The position numbers were made by a program, and so were the translations under genes. The notes under the pieces were generated by a model. That model was not told the origin of the DNA. It searched no databases and was given only the letters and a program-made list of their open reading frames with translations. From Cyanophora paradoxa CCMP329 (taxonomy: Eukaryota; Plantae; Glaucophyta), in contig QPMI01000632.1 of assembly GCA_004431415.1 (NCBI GenBank), positions 131,986-195,985 of the forward strand: a DNA stretch of 64,000 bases, written 5' to 3'. Positions 24,104 through 35,468 of the stretch are shown piece after piece; position 1 is the stretch's first letter, and each line of letters starts with the position of its first letter.

Positions 24104-27100
24104 ATGGACGAGGATCCCACGCGCACGATACTCGTTGTCGGCCTGGACGACGACGTCGACCGGTCGCCCCTCACGATCATGGCGCACGCCGAAAGTGACG
24201 ATCAGCCGCCGCCTCCGGCGCCGCCCGCGGCCCTGGCCGCCGCAGCTGCAGCTGCAGGCCCTGCGATGGCCGCCGCGTGCGCCGCGTTCTGCCCTCGGTG
24301 CGCATGCGCCGCGTTCTCGCGCATGTTTGTCCTGCCCTAGGCCTCCAGTGACATCGGCGGTGCACTTGCGTGGCCGGGCGGCGCAGGCTGGTGCTCTCGC
24401 ACTGCCGGGGCGCGCGGCTGCGGGGGACGTGCCACGCGGTGGCGGCGCTGCTCGACCTGGCCGGCTTCAGCGACCTCGTGCAGCGGGCCGGCGCCGGCGA
24501 GAGCGACATGGAGCAGGTCTTCGACGCCATCAACAGCTGCTTCCGCGCCGAGATCGACCTCCTCGAAGGCCCGCCCGCCCCGCCCGGCCCCGCCCTGGCC
24601 CCCCGCCCCCCCCCCCCCCCCCCGCCCCTCCCCCCCCCCTCCCCCCCCGCCCTTGCCCTCGCGCGGGCCTCACCCCCCGCAGAGTACGGCGCCGATGTCC
24701 TCTCCTTCCTCGGGGACGGCCTCCTCGGTCCGTTCCGGGCTGCCCCGCCGCGCCCCGGGCCCGCGCCACCCCACCCCCCACCCAGCAAGCCATAAGCCAT
24801 CCCGACCGCAGCGATCTGGCCCGTCGAGCCGTACGAGGCTGGATCCGGGGCTGGGGCGGAGAGGCTGCCCTGCGTCGCGGAGGAGGAGCTGGAAGGGGAC
24901 AGCGACGACGAGGAGGGGCGGCTCGCGTCGGCCCTCGCCCTGCGCGCCGCCGCCGCCGCCGAGTGTGCCCTGCGGGTGCGCCGTTCGACCTTTTTCGCAC
25001 GCGCGCGTTCGCCAGTTCTGCGAGCGCGGACGCAGGTGCAGGAGCGCTTCGCGGCGGGTGTGGCCGGGGGCATGAGGCTGCGGGTCGCCCTCGCCGCGGG
25101 GCCCCTGCGGCTCCACGTCGGCGGCATCGGCGGCCCGGCGCCCCCGGACGGCCGCCCCGCCTCGCTCCTCCGCATCTCCGAGAGCCACGGCCAGTTGCAA
25201 GAAGGACCCCCTCAGGCCGGCCTCCGGAACCCGGACGGCTCGCCCGTGCCCGGGTGCGCCCGCCGCGCAGCTGCTGCCGCGGCTTAGCCTGCTCCGAGAC
25301 TGAGCGTCGGCGGCGGGGCCAGGCGGATGGTGTTCTTCGTGAAGGGCGCGGCGGTGACCGAGGCCGGTGACGCCCTCGCCGACATCGCCCCGGGGTCCGC
25401 CCCGCCGGCCCTCCGACCCGACCCGGTCCTGGCTTCAATTTACGCCGCTGATGTTTACCGGGCCCGGCAGGCAAGTGTGCCTCTGCCCGTCGCTGCTGGA
25501 GCACATCCCGCGGTCGGCGCTGGTCGTCCCCACCCGCAGCATGCGGCGTGAGGCGTCCCGGCGGGAGGTCCTGCAGCGGGAGGCGGCGGGCAAGTCCGCC
25601 CGGCGCCTCTCGGGGCACCCGACGGCCCTGCTCGCCGGCGCCAGCTCCGCCTCCTTCAGCATGTCTCTCAGCGGCCCCGGGGCTGAGGCGCTGGGCGCGA
25701 CGACGCTGACGGGCAGCCGCAGCGCGCGGCTCGGGTCGCGATCGAAATCGACCGCCGACCTGCAGCTGCCGACTGCGACCGCCTCCGGATCCTCCCGCGC
25801 GCTGCCCCTTGTCGTCGACCCGTCGGCGGGGACGCCCCTCGCCGACTACTGCCGCACCGTCCTTGGCGTCCCCTCCGGTCCGCCTCGCCTGCGATTAAAA
25901 TATTGCCCGCTCCGCGTCGTAGCCCCTCGGCCTCTGCGCGCTGCTGAAGGGCAGCAGGGAGCCTGGCGGGGCGGCTGCGGGAGCCGGCGCCGCCGCTGGA
26001 GACCCCCGAGCAACTCGCCCTCGCCTCCCTCTTCGTCCCTTACACTGCGTGCCCCGGCCCCTGCTCAACATTGAGCACTGCAGCCGGCGGCACGGCTGAC
26101 AGCGGCCGCCCGGCGCGCCGCGCCGTATGCGCAGGTGCGGGCACGGCTGGACCAGATCGCCGGCCTCGGCGCCGTCGACCCCGCCCGCTACCTCGCCGAG
26201 TTCCGCCCCGTGCGCTCCGCCCGCCGCCGCCGCTGCCCGGCCCGCCCCGCCCGCCCCGCGAAATGCGAGCTCGAAGGTCTCCGTCCTCTTCGGCTCGCTG
26301 GAGCTGCGGGGCGAGGGCGACGAGGCGGCCGAGGGCGCCGGCCCGCGCGCCGTCCAGCGGGCGGTGCGGACGGTGCAGGCGCTGCTCTACGCCCACGAGG
26401 GCTCCCTCCGCCAGATCGTCCTCGACGGTCCGCGCGCCCGCCCGGCCCGCCCCGCCCCGCCAGCGGCGCCGCCCCCGACGCTGAGCGCTTTCCCGCTTAG
26501 ACAAGGGGCTGGTCGTGATCGGGGTCTTTGGCTTGTACCCCATCTCCCACGAGGGTGCGCCGATTCCAGCTGCAAAATCTCTCTTTCGCGCCCCCGAATT
26601 TTGCCCTTGAGCTTCCAATGCAACTCGTGATTGCTGGATTGGAGGGATCTCACTCACCTCTTCCTCCCTTCCCCAGACGACACGGGGCGGTGCGCGGCGT
26701 GCGCGCTGGACGTGCGGGAGGCGATGGAGGCGGCCGGCGTCGGCTGCGCCCTCGGCCTCGCCACCGGCCCCGCCTTCTGCGCCTTCGTCGGCGACCCCGC
26801 CACCCGCTGGTGACCCCGCCCCGCCCCGCCGGCGTTCTGTCTTTCTGGAAGCCGGCGCCGCAGCGAGTTCTCGGTCTTCGGGAACGCGGTGAACCGGGCG
26901 GCGCGGCTGATGGGCAAGGCCGGCCTCTCCGGCGCCGGCATCCTCGCCGACGGCGAGACGCGCGCTGCCGCGTGCGCCCCGCGCCGCCCCTCCGGTCCCC
27001 GTCTGCTCGCGCGGCGGCCGACGCCTCCGGGCGGCGCAGAGACCTGCAGGTCGAGATGGAGGCGGCGGGGGAGTTCAACCTGAAGGGCATCCCGGGGCCC

Positions 27101-30100
27101 ACGGCGGCGTTCCGCCCGCTGCGCGTGAGGGCGCGGCGCAGCCGGGCCCCCTCGGCGGCCCTCGCACAGGCCCCGGGGGGCTCCTCTACGGGCGCGATGC
27201 CGAGCTCGCGCTCCTCCGCGGCCTCATCGAGGCCCGCGGCCGCGCCGCCTCCGGATCTGCCCCGCTCTCGGACCGTTCGTCGACGTCGACGTCGCGCCCG
27301 CGCCCGCGGGCGGCGCCGACGTCGCCGCGGCCCTCCTCGACGGCCGCGCAGGCGTGGGGGGGTCGCAGCCCGATCACGAGGGCGGGCCGCCGTTGTCCCC
27401 CGCGTCGGCGTCGCGATCAGCGCAGCCGCCGCTGCCGGCGTCGCCGTCGCTGGCGGTCGTGGCGGGGACACGGGCCTGGGCAAGTCGGCGCTGGCGCGCG
27501 CGGCGGCGGCGATGGCGGCGGCCGCCGGCTGGCGCACGGCGGCGACGGCGGCGCTCGCGACGGAGCGGCAGCCGCTGGCGGCGTGGCGGCCCCTCCTCGC
27601 CGCCCTCTTCCCGCAGGGCATCCTCGAGGCCCGCCCCGCCCGCGCCGCCCGCCGACCCGCGGCTAGGCCTGGTTTTGACGGGCGGCCGCGGGGCGCGCGG
27701 GGCGCAGGCCGGGGCGCTGGTGGTGGAGGGGCCGGGGCTCGACCCCGTGGTCATGGAGGACCTGGAGGCCCTCCTCCCCGCCCGGCCGGCCGCCGCCGCC
27801 GCCGCCGCCGCCGCCAGGCCCGCCACAGGGCCACACGTCGCCAAGCGGCGGCCCTCGCTGCAGTGGATTTCGGGCCCGCAGCCGGCCGCGGAACCCGCCG
27901 CGGTCGGCGCCGCCGGCGCCGCAGATCCGCCTCACGATCAGCGCCGCCTGCCCCGGAACCGGTCGCTGCGGACAGGCGCGAAACAGCCGCTGCCGGCGCT
28001 GCCGGCCGAAGCGCGGGCAGCGCAGCTGCGGGCGGCCCTCGTGCGGCTCGTCCTCGCCCGGGCCGCCGCCCCCGGCCCCTCCTCCTCGTCTTCGAGGGCG
28101 CGCCGCCCCGCCCCGCCCGACCCGCTCCGCCGGCTCCGCAGCGCCTCACGGGGGCGCCGCACGCAGACGTGCACCTGGCGGACAGCCAGAGCCAGGCGGC
28201 GCTGCTGCGGCTCGCGGAGGAGGCGGCGGAGAGCCCCGCGGCGCGCCTCCTGCTGCTCGTCACCGGCCGCCCGCCCGCGACCGCCGGGGCGGCGCCGGCG
28301 GCCTCGACTGCTGGCCCCGAGCTCGAGGGGGCGGACCTGCTCGAGAAGCTGTCGCGGGTGCCTGAGCGGCGCTGGCTGGATCTGCTGCCGCTGAACGTCG
28401 AAACCATCTCGCGCCTCGCCTGCGCCCGCCTCGGCGCCGCCTCGCTCCCACCGCAGGCCGCCGCCTTCATCGGTCCGACACAAGCGCCGGGCCGCGGCCG
28501 CCGCTGGGCCGGGGCGCCATCAGCTGACGTTGGAGGGCGGCGGGCGTCGCAGCGTACGAGTCGGGCGGGGTGCCGTTCATCGCGGCGGACCTGGCGGACC
28601 GGCTGCGGGTGGAAGGGACCCTGCAGGTCGACCCCGCGACGGGCGCCTGCACCGTGGCGCGGCCGCTGCGGAACCCGCGGCCCTCGGACGGCCTCCGCTC
28701 CGCTCTCCTCTGGCGCCTCGACCGGCTCGCCCCCTCCCAGCTCTTCGCCGTCAAGGCCCGCCCCGCCGCCCGCCCTGCCGCCGGCGCCGGACGCCCGCTC
28801 ACGCTCCTCATCCGCGCAGATCGCGAGCATCGTCGGCAATCGCTTCAGCGCGGAAGAGGTCATTCGCGCGGCGGCGCGCGCCGGCCTCTCCGCGCCCGCC
28901 CCCTGACCCGGGACGCGACCGCCTGCAGGTGGCGTCCGTCCTGCCGCAGTTGGAGGGCGCGAGCGCCAAGGGGGAGCGGGCGACCTCGGGGCCGGCCCTC
29001 CGGAAGGCAGCGGAGGCGCTGGCCGCCGACTTTGCGGCGCTGTGCGCGGCCGGCGTCCTCAGAGAGGCGGTGTACGAGGCGGCCGGGGGCGAGTTCGAGT
29101 TCGCGCTCTCGCCCCTGCGCGAGGTCGTGCGGGGCCTGCTGCCCGTCGCCGAGCGCCGCCGCCTGCACCGCGCCTTCGCCGAGTTCCTCGATCGCGAGGC
29201 CCGCGACCGCGAGCCGGCCGCCGGCGCCCCGGCCGCGGGGCGCCGCGGCTCGGTCGATCTCGGGAGCGACGGCGCGTCGGCGTCGACCTCGTTTCTCGCC
29301 TCGAGCTCGGAGCTGGTCCTGGAGGGGACGACCGCCGAGCGGCTCGCGTACCACTGGACGGCGGCGGAGGAGCCGGCGGCCGCCCTGCCGTACCTGGACC
29401 GCTGCGCGGCGGCCGCCCTCGGCAGCTTCGCAAACGTGGAGGCCGAGCACGCGTACGGCGACCTGCTCGCCGGCTACCCCGGCGCCCCGGCCCTCCAGCG
29501 CGCCGGCTGGCTCGCCGGCCTCGCCGAGGTCTGCCTCCGCTCGGGGCGCTACCCCTTGGCCGCGAAGCGCTGCCGCGAGGCACTCGCGCTCCTCGGTGTG
29601 CGGATCCCGACGTGCGCCCTTTCCTCGCCCCTCCCCCCCACTCGAGCTCCCCCTTCCGAACCGAGGCACCGCAGGAGCCGCGTCGGCGTCTGGGCGTCGG
29701 TGATGTACATGGCCGTGCGGACGCGGCTGCGGGCCCCCCCGACCTTCACCACCGTCCCCGCCGAGAAGCTCGTCGCCCCGCACAGCGCCCGCGGCGGCGA
29801 CGCCGCGGCGGCCGCCGTCGCGGACCTGTACGTTGTCCTGCGGCAGGCGGCAGCGCACGGGGACGACATCCCGCTGTTCCTGTACTGCGGCTTCGCCCTG
29901 TGGGCCCACGTGCGCGAGCGCAGCACCGTCGGGCCCCACTTCTTCGCCATCGCCTCCGCCCTCGTGGTGCGGGGCTGGACCTGCGACATGGGATGCTAGC
30001 TGGGCCCCGGCCCCCGGCCCTTGATTACAACGTTGCGGGCTGCCCCAACGTTCACGTTGTCCGTTTCCGCATGCGCAGGCCAGCAACATCGCGCTCATGT

Positions 30101-32248
30101 TTCCGGGGAGCCGCGCCCTCGCCACCGCCTACGCGAAATTCGGATTCGTGCGAAATTCGCCTCCCCGCGAAAATGCGCGAAATCTGATCGGGGTGGGGCG
30201 GGCGGGCCGGGCGCAGGAGCTGGGGAGCGACGCGTGCGTGGGGACGTACAGCGGCGTCATGCACAGGGCGGTGGCCTTCGCCCTCGTGGCCACCGGCGAG
30301 TTCGGGGAGGGCGGCCCCGCCTGCGACCTCTACGCCGACGCCGCCCTCCGCATGGCGCGCCGGCCCCGGCCCTCGCCCCTTCCATTTTCTCAATGATTCC
30401 TGATCGTGAGCCCCCTTGAATGTGCGCAGCACGTGAGGCGGGACGTGATGGAGGCGTGCTCGTACCGCTTCCTGTGCCACATGCGCACGGGGGGCCCGCC
30501 CGCCGTCCTCGACCGCCTCGCCTCCCGCATCCAGGTGCGCGGTGGTTTACAGCTCCGATCGCGATCCCGTCCTACGCGTGCACCTATGGGTCGTGACGCC
30601 GGCGGTGGCGGCGGAACTGGGCACTGCAGGCGGCGCTGGAAAAGGTGGCGCGGGACCGCGAGCTCAGCGACGACCTCCACACCATCCTCTCCACCGTGCG
30701 CGCCCGGCCCGCCGCGACGATTCGCTCCCGCGCCTGCCCGGCCTGGGCCTGACGCCGCCGCCGGCGGCCGCAGGCTGCGCTCGTGTTCATCCGCTACCTT
30801 CAGGACCGGGCCCCCGCGGCCCTCGAGGTGCCCCGCGGCCCGAGCTCGAGCCGGCGTCGCCCCGAAGCTCGGTCGCGAGGGCATTGCTGATCATGAGTCG
30901 CCCCGGCCCCTGCCGCACGCGTGCACTTGCCGGCAGGTGGCGGAAGAGTTCTACCTTTCGCGATTCCAGGGCGGGTTCGCGGCGGTGGCGGCGTTCACCC
31001 GCGCATTCTTCTACGCCGTGCAGGCCCGGGCCCTCCTCTGCGCCCTCGGGCCCCACGCCTCCCCGCCTCCAGCGCGCCTCTCCGCCGTACAGGCGCGCGC
31101 GCCCTCTTGCCGCGGACGTCGGCATCGATATCGATTTCGATCCCCGCCCACCTCTGACCCTGCGGCAGGCGGCCCGCCAGGCGGTCAAGATCCTCTGCAG
31201 CGACACCTCCAAGCTGGTGGGCCTCGTCTGGGTGCGGCGAAGCCCCGACCCGGCACTAGTTCTCCTATCTCCCCGCCCTGGCCCGACGTTGACGCGCCCT
31301 CTTGGACCGGCCAGCCGGACGTGATGTGCGAGGCGGCGACCATCCTCTATGTCGCCTGGCTCGCCTCCGACGCCCCCGCCGCCCGCTCCCACCCCGCCGC
31401 CCCCTTCGCCCGCCTCTTCCTCCCGCGCGACGCCGGCGCCGGCGACGGCGCCGATTCCACACCCGCGCCGGCAACCGCGCCGGCGACCGCGCCGGCGCCG
31501 GCGCCGGCAGCGGTCGGCCCCGGCGAGCTGGTTGCGCTCCTCGACGCCGCCGCCCGCAGCGGCGCGCGGTGGAGCGATGTGGTGAGCGCTCAATCCCTCG
31601 CGTACATTCTCGCTTGCGAGCTTCCAAGTTCGCCCCGGCCCGTCGCCCGTTGACCCTGCCGCGGCGCAGTCGGCCGGGGCTGTCGCCGTCGTGGAGGGTC
31701 TCGCTCTGAGCGCGCGCGGCGCGGCGCGGGCAGCACGCGAGCGGTTCCTCGCGGCGGCGGCCCTCGGCGGCTGGACCGCCTTGGAGCCGGCGGCGCCGGC
31801 GCCGCGCCGCCCGCGCGACTGCGCCCTGGGGCTCCTCTTTGCGGCCTTCCACACGGGGCGGCCGTCCGGCACGCCTTCTGCGACCCCGCCACCTGCTACG
31901 GCCAGATACGAGGCGATCGCGAGCCGGGCTTCGAATTCGGGCGGCCTAGGCCTGCCCCCGCTGCCGGTTGGGCCGTTGCCGACCGTTCGGGACCCCTCGC
32001 CCGCCATCCCTTCCGCGTGCACTCCTCGGCAGCCAGAGCCCGCGACGCTCGCCCGAGCGTCCCCTGCAGCTGGGCATGGGCAGACCGGACGCTCCCCGCG
32101 AGACCTCCGGGGTGGCGAGCAGCCCATGGCCAGGTCGCTGCTGCTGCAGGCGGGGCGCCCGGCGCTGCTTCGGGCGGCGGAGCACTGCTTCGGGCTCTAC
32201 GGCGACGCCCTCGGCGCCCGCATCGCCCGCGAGGCCTCGCTTCTCTGA
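24104..32248 (+). CDS. Soluble adenylyl/guanylyl cyclase-like protein (ADCY10/SgcA type): two class III cyclase domains, STAND-type P-loop NTPase, helical TPR-like C-terminus
   Basis: C1 motifs DLAGFS and YGADVLSFLGDGLL; C2 motifs EGSLRQIVLD-DKGLVVIGVFG and EFSVFGNAVNRAARLM; GEFNLKGIPGP; LYGRDAEL; Walker A GDTGLGKS; Walker B LLLVFE-DVHLAD; SGGVPF; ERRRLH; LAYHW. Start at 24104 or 24179. Confidence 0.85.
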
Positions 32249-32749
32249 CGCGACGGCCGCGCTCTCTCCGAGGCTCCAGCTCGCTCTATTTTTGCGCCGG
32301 GGCGGCGATGTACGCCGCTTGCAATCGATCGAAATTTTCGCGTGCGTCGGTCTGTTGGCCTTTGCGATACATAATCACCGGATAAGTGGGCGTGAATACA
32401 TTGTTGGCATGCTGGTAGCCTAGTGTTATATGAAGCTTATCGCAGTACATTTCCGTATTATATATGTCTAACGGTATATATCTTCTTACTTCTTTTCGCC
32501 TCATGATCAGGGCCTGCTGTCGGGCTACCAGCTATCGGGAATTGTGGGCCGCGGCCGATATTATCGATCGAATTGTGACCCTGCAGCCTGCAGGCAGCAG
32601 CATGCGCAGTGCTGGATATCAGATATCAGAGTTCCGCGGAACAGGAGCTCCATCAGCCGCCGCCGGCTTTTGCACGGCGGGCCGGGTGCGCTCTTAATTC
32701 GCGTTCGAGCTCCACAGTGGCAGCGGCAGCGCCGGAGATCGCTCGCGAT

Positions 32750-34830
32750 CGCTCGAATAAAGAAAAGCCTCAATGAAAGGCCAGATTCAGCGTACACTAT
32801 ATGAAAGATGGTCCAACCGGCGACGATGGCGGTGACTGCAATGACAAGTGGCTATCATAGTATGGAATGAATACAAAAATCGAGAGGATCGGATGCCAAA
32901 GCAAACCTGAATGCCAATTTCGCATGATGGGACTAGTACTGCCTCTGTGTCTGCAGGCTGAGTATGCACGTCAATGCAGGCTGGCGAGTCTTCGAAATCA
33001 ACGAGGGGTACCACCAGAAAGTACAAATTCAGAAAGCTGAGACAACTGAGGCGGCATCCGCGGACGAACTGGGGCGAAACAGCGCGGGACTGAAGCGAGG
33101 CCAGCAGGGCGCCGTGCCCAGCAAGCGTGCTGGGCTGCTGGCCGGGTGGCAGGCGGCAAGGGCGCAGGCACGCGGCGCAACGCGGGGCGTACGCGGGGCG
33201 CCAATCGCGACTGAGCAGACAAGCGGCACGTCGTGCGCAGCACGCAATTGGATTGGCCGCGCTCCGCGCGCACGCAGCACGAGTGCCGGGCAGCGTGCTC
33301 GGCTGCGGGCAGCGGCGCGCGCCTCCGGTTCTGCGGTGCAAGCTCGATGCAGTGGAGCGTAGTCCAGGCGGCACGCGTACCGTACGGCGTATGCGGCGCA
33401 GTGCGAGGTTAAGCGGAAATTTAGAGGAGACAGCTAGCCTAGTAGGGAGAAGTGGTTGCCATGTAACACCGCCGCGTGACGCAGCTGCAGCCCAGCGCCG
33501 CGCGAGGGAGAGCCCAGATCTACAGGAATGAGAGAAAAGTTGGTTTTCCCCTCGAAAACCACTTTTCGCGAGTTCGAGAAAGCTCTCGCGAGCTCGAGTT
33601 TGACGCTCGAAAGTCGAAGGCTGACCGGTCCACCGAGCCAATCGGAACGCGAATAAGCCTCATTTTTGTTGCATACTGGACCTCGCAAACGGCCTCATAG
33701 AAAATTTTTGGGAAGCAAGCTGGGAGACTCTGAGAAGCCCTTCGGTCTTCGGCCCCCCTTGCAATATAGGGCATGTAAGTTGATGTAACTCCGCAATGAG
33801 TCCGCATGTTGTTAAGTGTGTAGAATGCAACGTTTTAATTAATGTTAATTATTATATAACAGAGTTGAACAGTCAGAACAGACCTCTAAAACAATCATAT
33901 GCATGGAATGTTGATTGGTCGGAAGGGCACGTCACGGCGTAACGCAGTCTTACGTAGACCATATGGATTGATACAGTGTGTGTCCGTCACTGTCCGATGA
34001 CTCCGATGATGTCCGATCAATCGCAAAGTCGACGCAAACCATGGCCAAGACACCAAAAACAATGATGGTCCGAAATTGGGTACACTAACCCTGGAGATTC
34101 CGAGAAATCGGCGAGAATCCGAGAACTCGGCAACTTCGACAAAAAATGAAAAACAAATTGCCGAGAACTCGAGTTCCAGTTCTTTTTTCCTAATTCGTGT
34201 TTTGTTTTTCGGTGAAAACCGGTCACTTACCGGCCACATGCACTGTGTCACTGTCACTGTCACAGTCTGTGTGACTGTGATGCACAGACTCTGCAGGTCC
34301 AGCAGTCTCTCCGACTAGCGGCTAGGGCTGGGTCCAGTGAGATCAGTGGAGGGTCGAGGGTCTCACTCCACTCACTGAGTACTAGTGAGGATTTCGGCTC
34401 ACTCGTACAAAGAAAAATGTATGAGGCCAGTGAGCAGGACCTCCGCCAGCACCGTGTGTCACGGTGTGTGTGGGTATCTGGCGCCAAAAAAATCACGACC
34501 CAGGCGCCCCACGGCCCCCACCTAACGATTTGGGGGGTAAAAACTGCTGTATCTACAGTATCTACGGTATAATCTACCCCCAAACGTTAACCGCGGCCAA
34601 AAGGCGTCGAAACGCATTAATTCGGTGCCGCATTAATAGCCATAGTTTTTGTTTTTGGTGAATTACCGGCCACAGGCCCACAGCCTCTAGTCTACTCCAG
34701 CACTGTGGGACCAGTGTGGGTAGGGGTCCGGGGCTCCGGCCCCCGGGCCCAAAAACGCATTAATATCTGCATGGCGGTACTACGGTAGAGTCTAGAGTCT
34801 AGCCTACCGGGTATACGTAGTACCGGTAGA
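32750..34830. mobile_element. Low-GC block of decayed, nested transposon-like sequence
   Basis: GC drops to about 50 percent, no gene-like exon chain; short direct and inverted repeats (AACGATTTGGGGGGTA at about 34524 versus TACCCCCAAACGTT at about 34575); repeat family A copies; dense footprint motifs. Confidence 0.4.
34646..34706 (+). repeat. Dispersed repeat family A, copy 3 (partial; weaker copy at about 34200-34238)
   Basis: TTTTTGTTTTTGGTGAATTACCGGCCACAGGCCCACAGCCTCTAG..CCAGCACTG. Confidence 0.65.
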
Positions 34831-34832
34831 TA

Positions 34833-35094
34833 CCGTAGAACACATAAATACCGCGCCCACTTAATTACCGCGGTACCAAATTACCGCGCCGAGAATTTGT
34901 TAAAACGCGGTAATTTGGTCCCGCGGTAATTTGCTGCTGAGAAGTCGCTCCATACAGTACCCCCCATAATTACCGCCCCATACAAGCCTCAAATTTGTAA
35001 AAACGCGGTAATTTGGTGCCGCGGTATTTTGCTCTATGGCGGGCCGGGTTTTAAAACGCGGTAATTTATGCCGCGGTAATTTAGTGCCCGACGG
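34833..35094. mobile_element. MITE of Tc1/mariner (pogo-like) type, 262 bp
   Basis: TA on both sides (34831-32, 35095-96). Imperfect TIRs: left CCGTAGAACACATAAATACCGCG, right reverse complement CCGTCGGGCACTAAATTACCGCG. About 10 internal AAWTACCGC(G) motifs in both orientations; no ORF. Confidence 0.65.
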
Positions 35095-35468
35095 TAGTAG
35101 ATACAAGCAGTGTGGTCACACTGTGGTCCAGCAGACTGGCAGTGGACCAGCACTGCGCCGTGACACCAGCAGCGCTAGGCTCCGCTAGCCTGCGCGCGCG
35201 TGCACTGGTACTGCGGCAGCTGCAGCCTGCCGCTGCGCATGCAGCCCGGCCGCTGACTCTGAGCTACCGGTAGAATCTACGTATACCATAGTACGTATAC
35301 GGCAGCCGCGCGTACTACGGTAGGCACAGACATCGCCGAGTCGAGATGCAATTCTATACAAGCGCACCCAGTTGCAGCAACACAGCAATTGAAGCGCGCA
35401 CGCGCATGCATACGCACACCTCGAAGCAGCTGCTCGCAACGGCCGCCTGCAGCCGCACGCGTACGCAT

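Noticed and set aside
34833-35094. CRISPR-like repeat array
   Set aside because: Repeats are about 10 nt, in both orientations and irregularly spaced; eukaryotic context, no cas genes.
13801-35322. TACGGTA/TACCGTA as Tc1/mariner excision footprints of the CCG-ended MITE
   Set aside because: Five of them sit in GTA-C-TAC-G-GTA, which fits the general XYZ-C-rc-G-XYZ class. A few (34554, 34563) could still be TA-type footprints.
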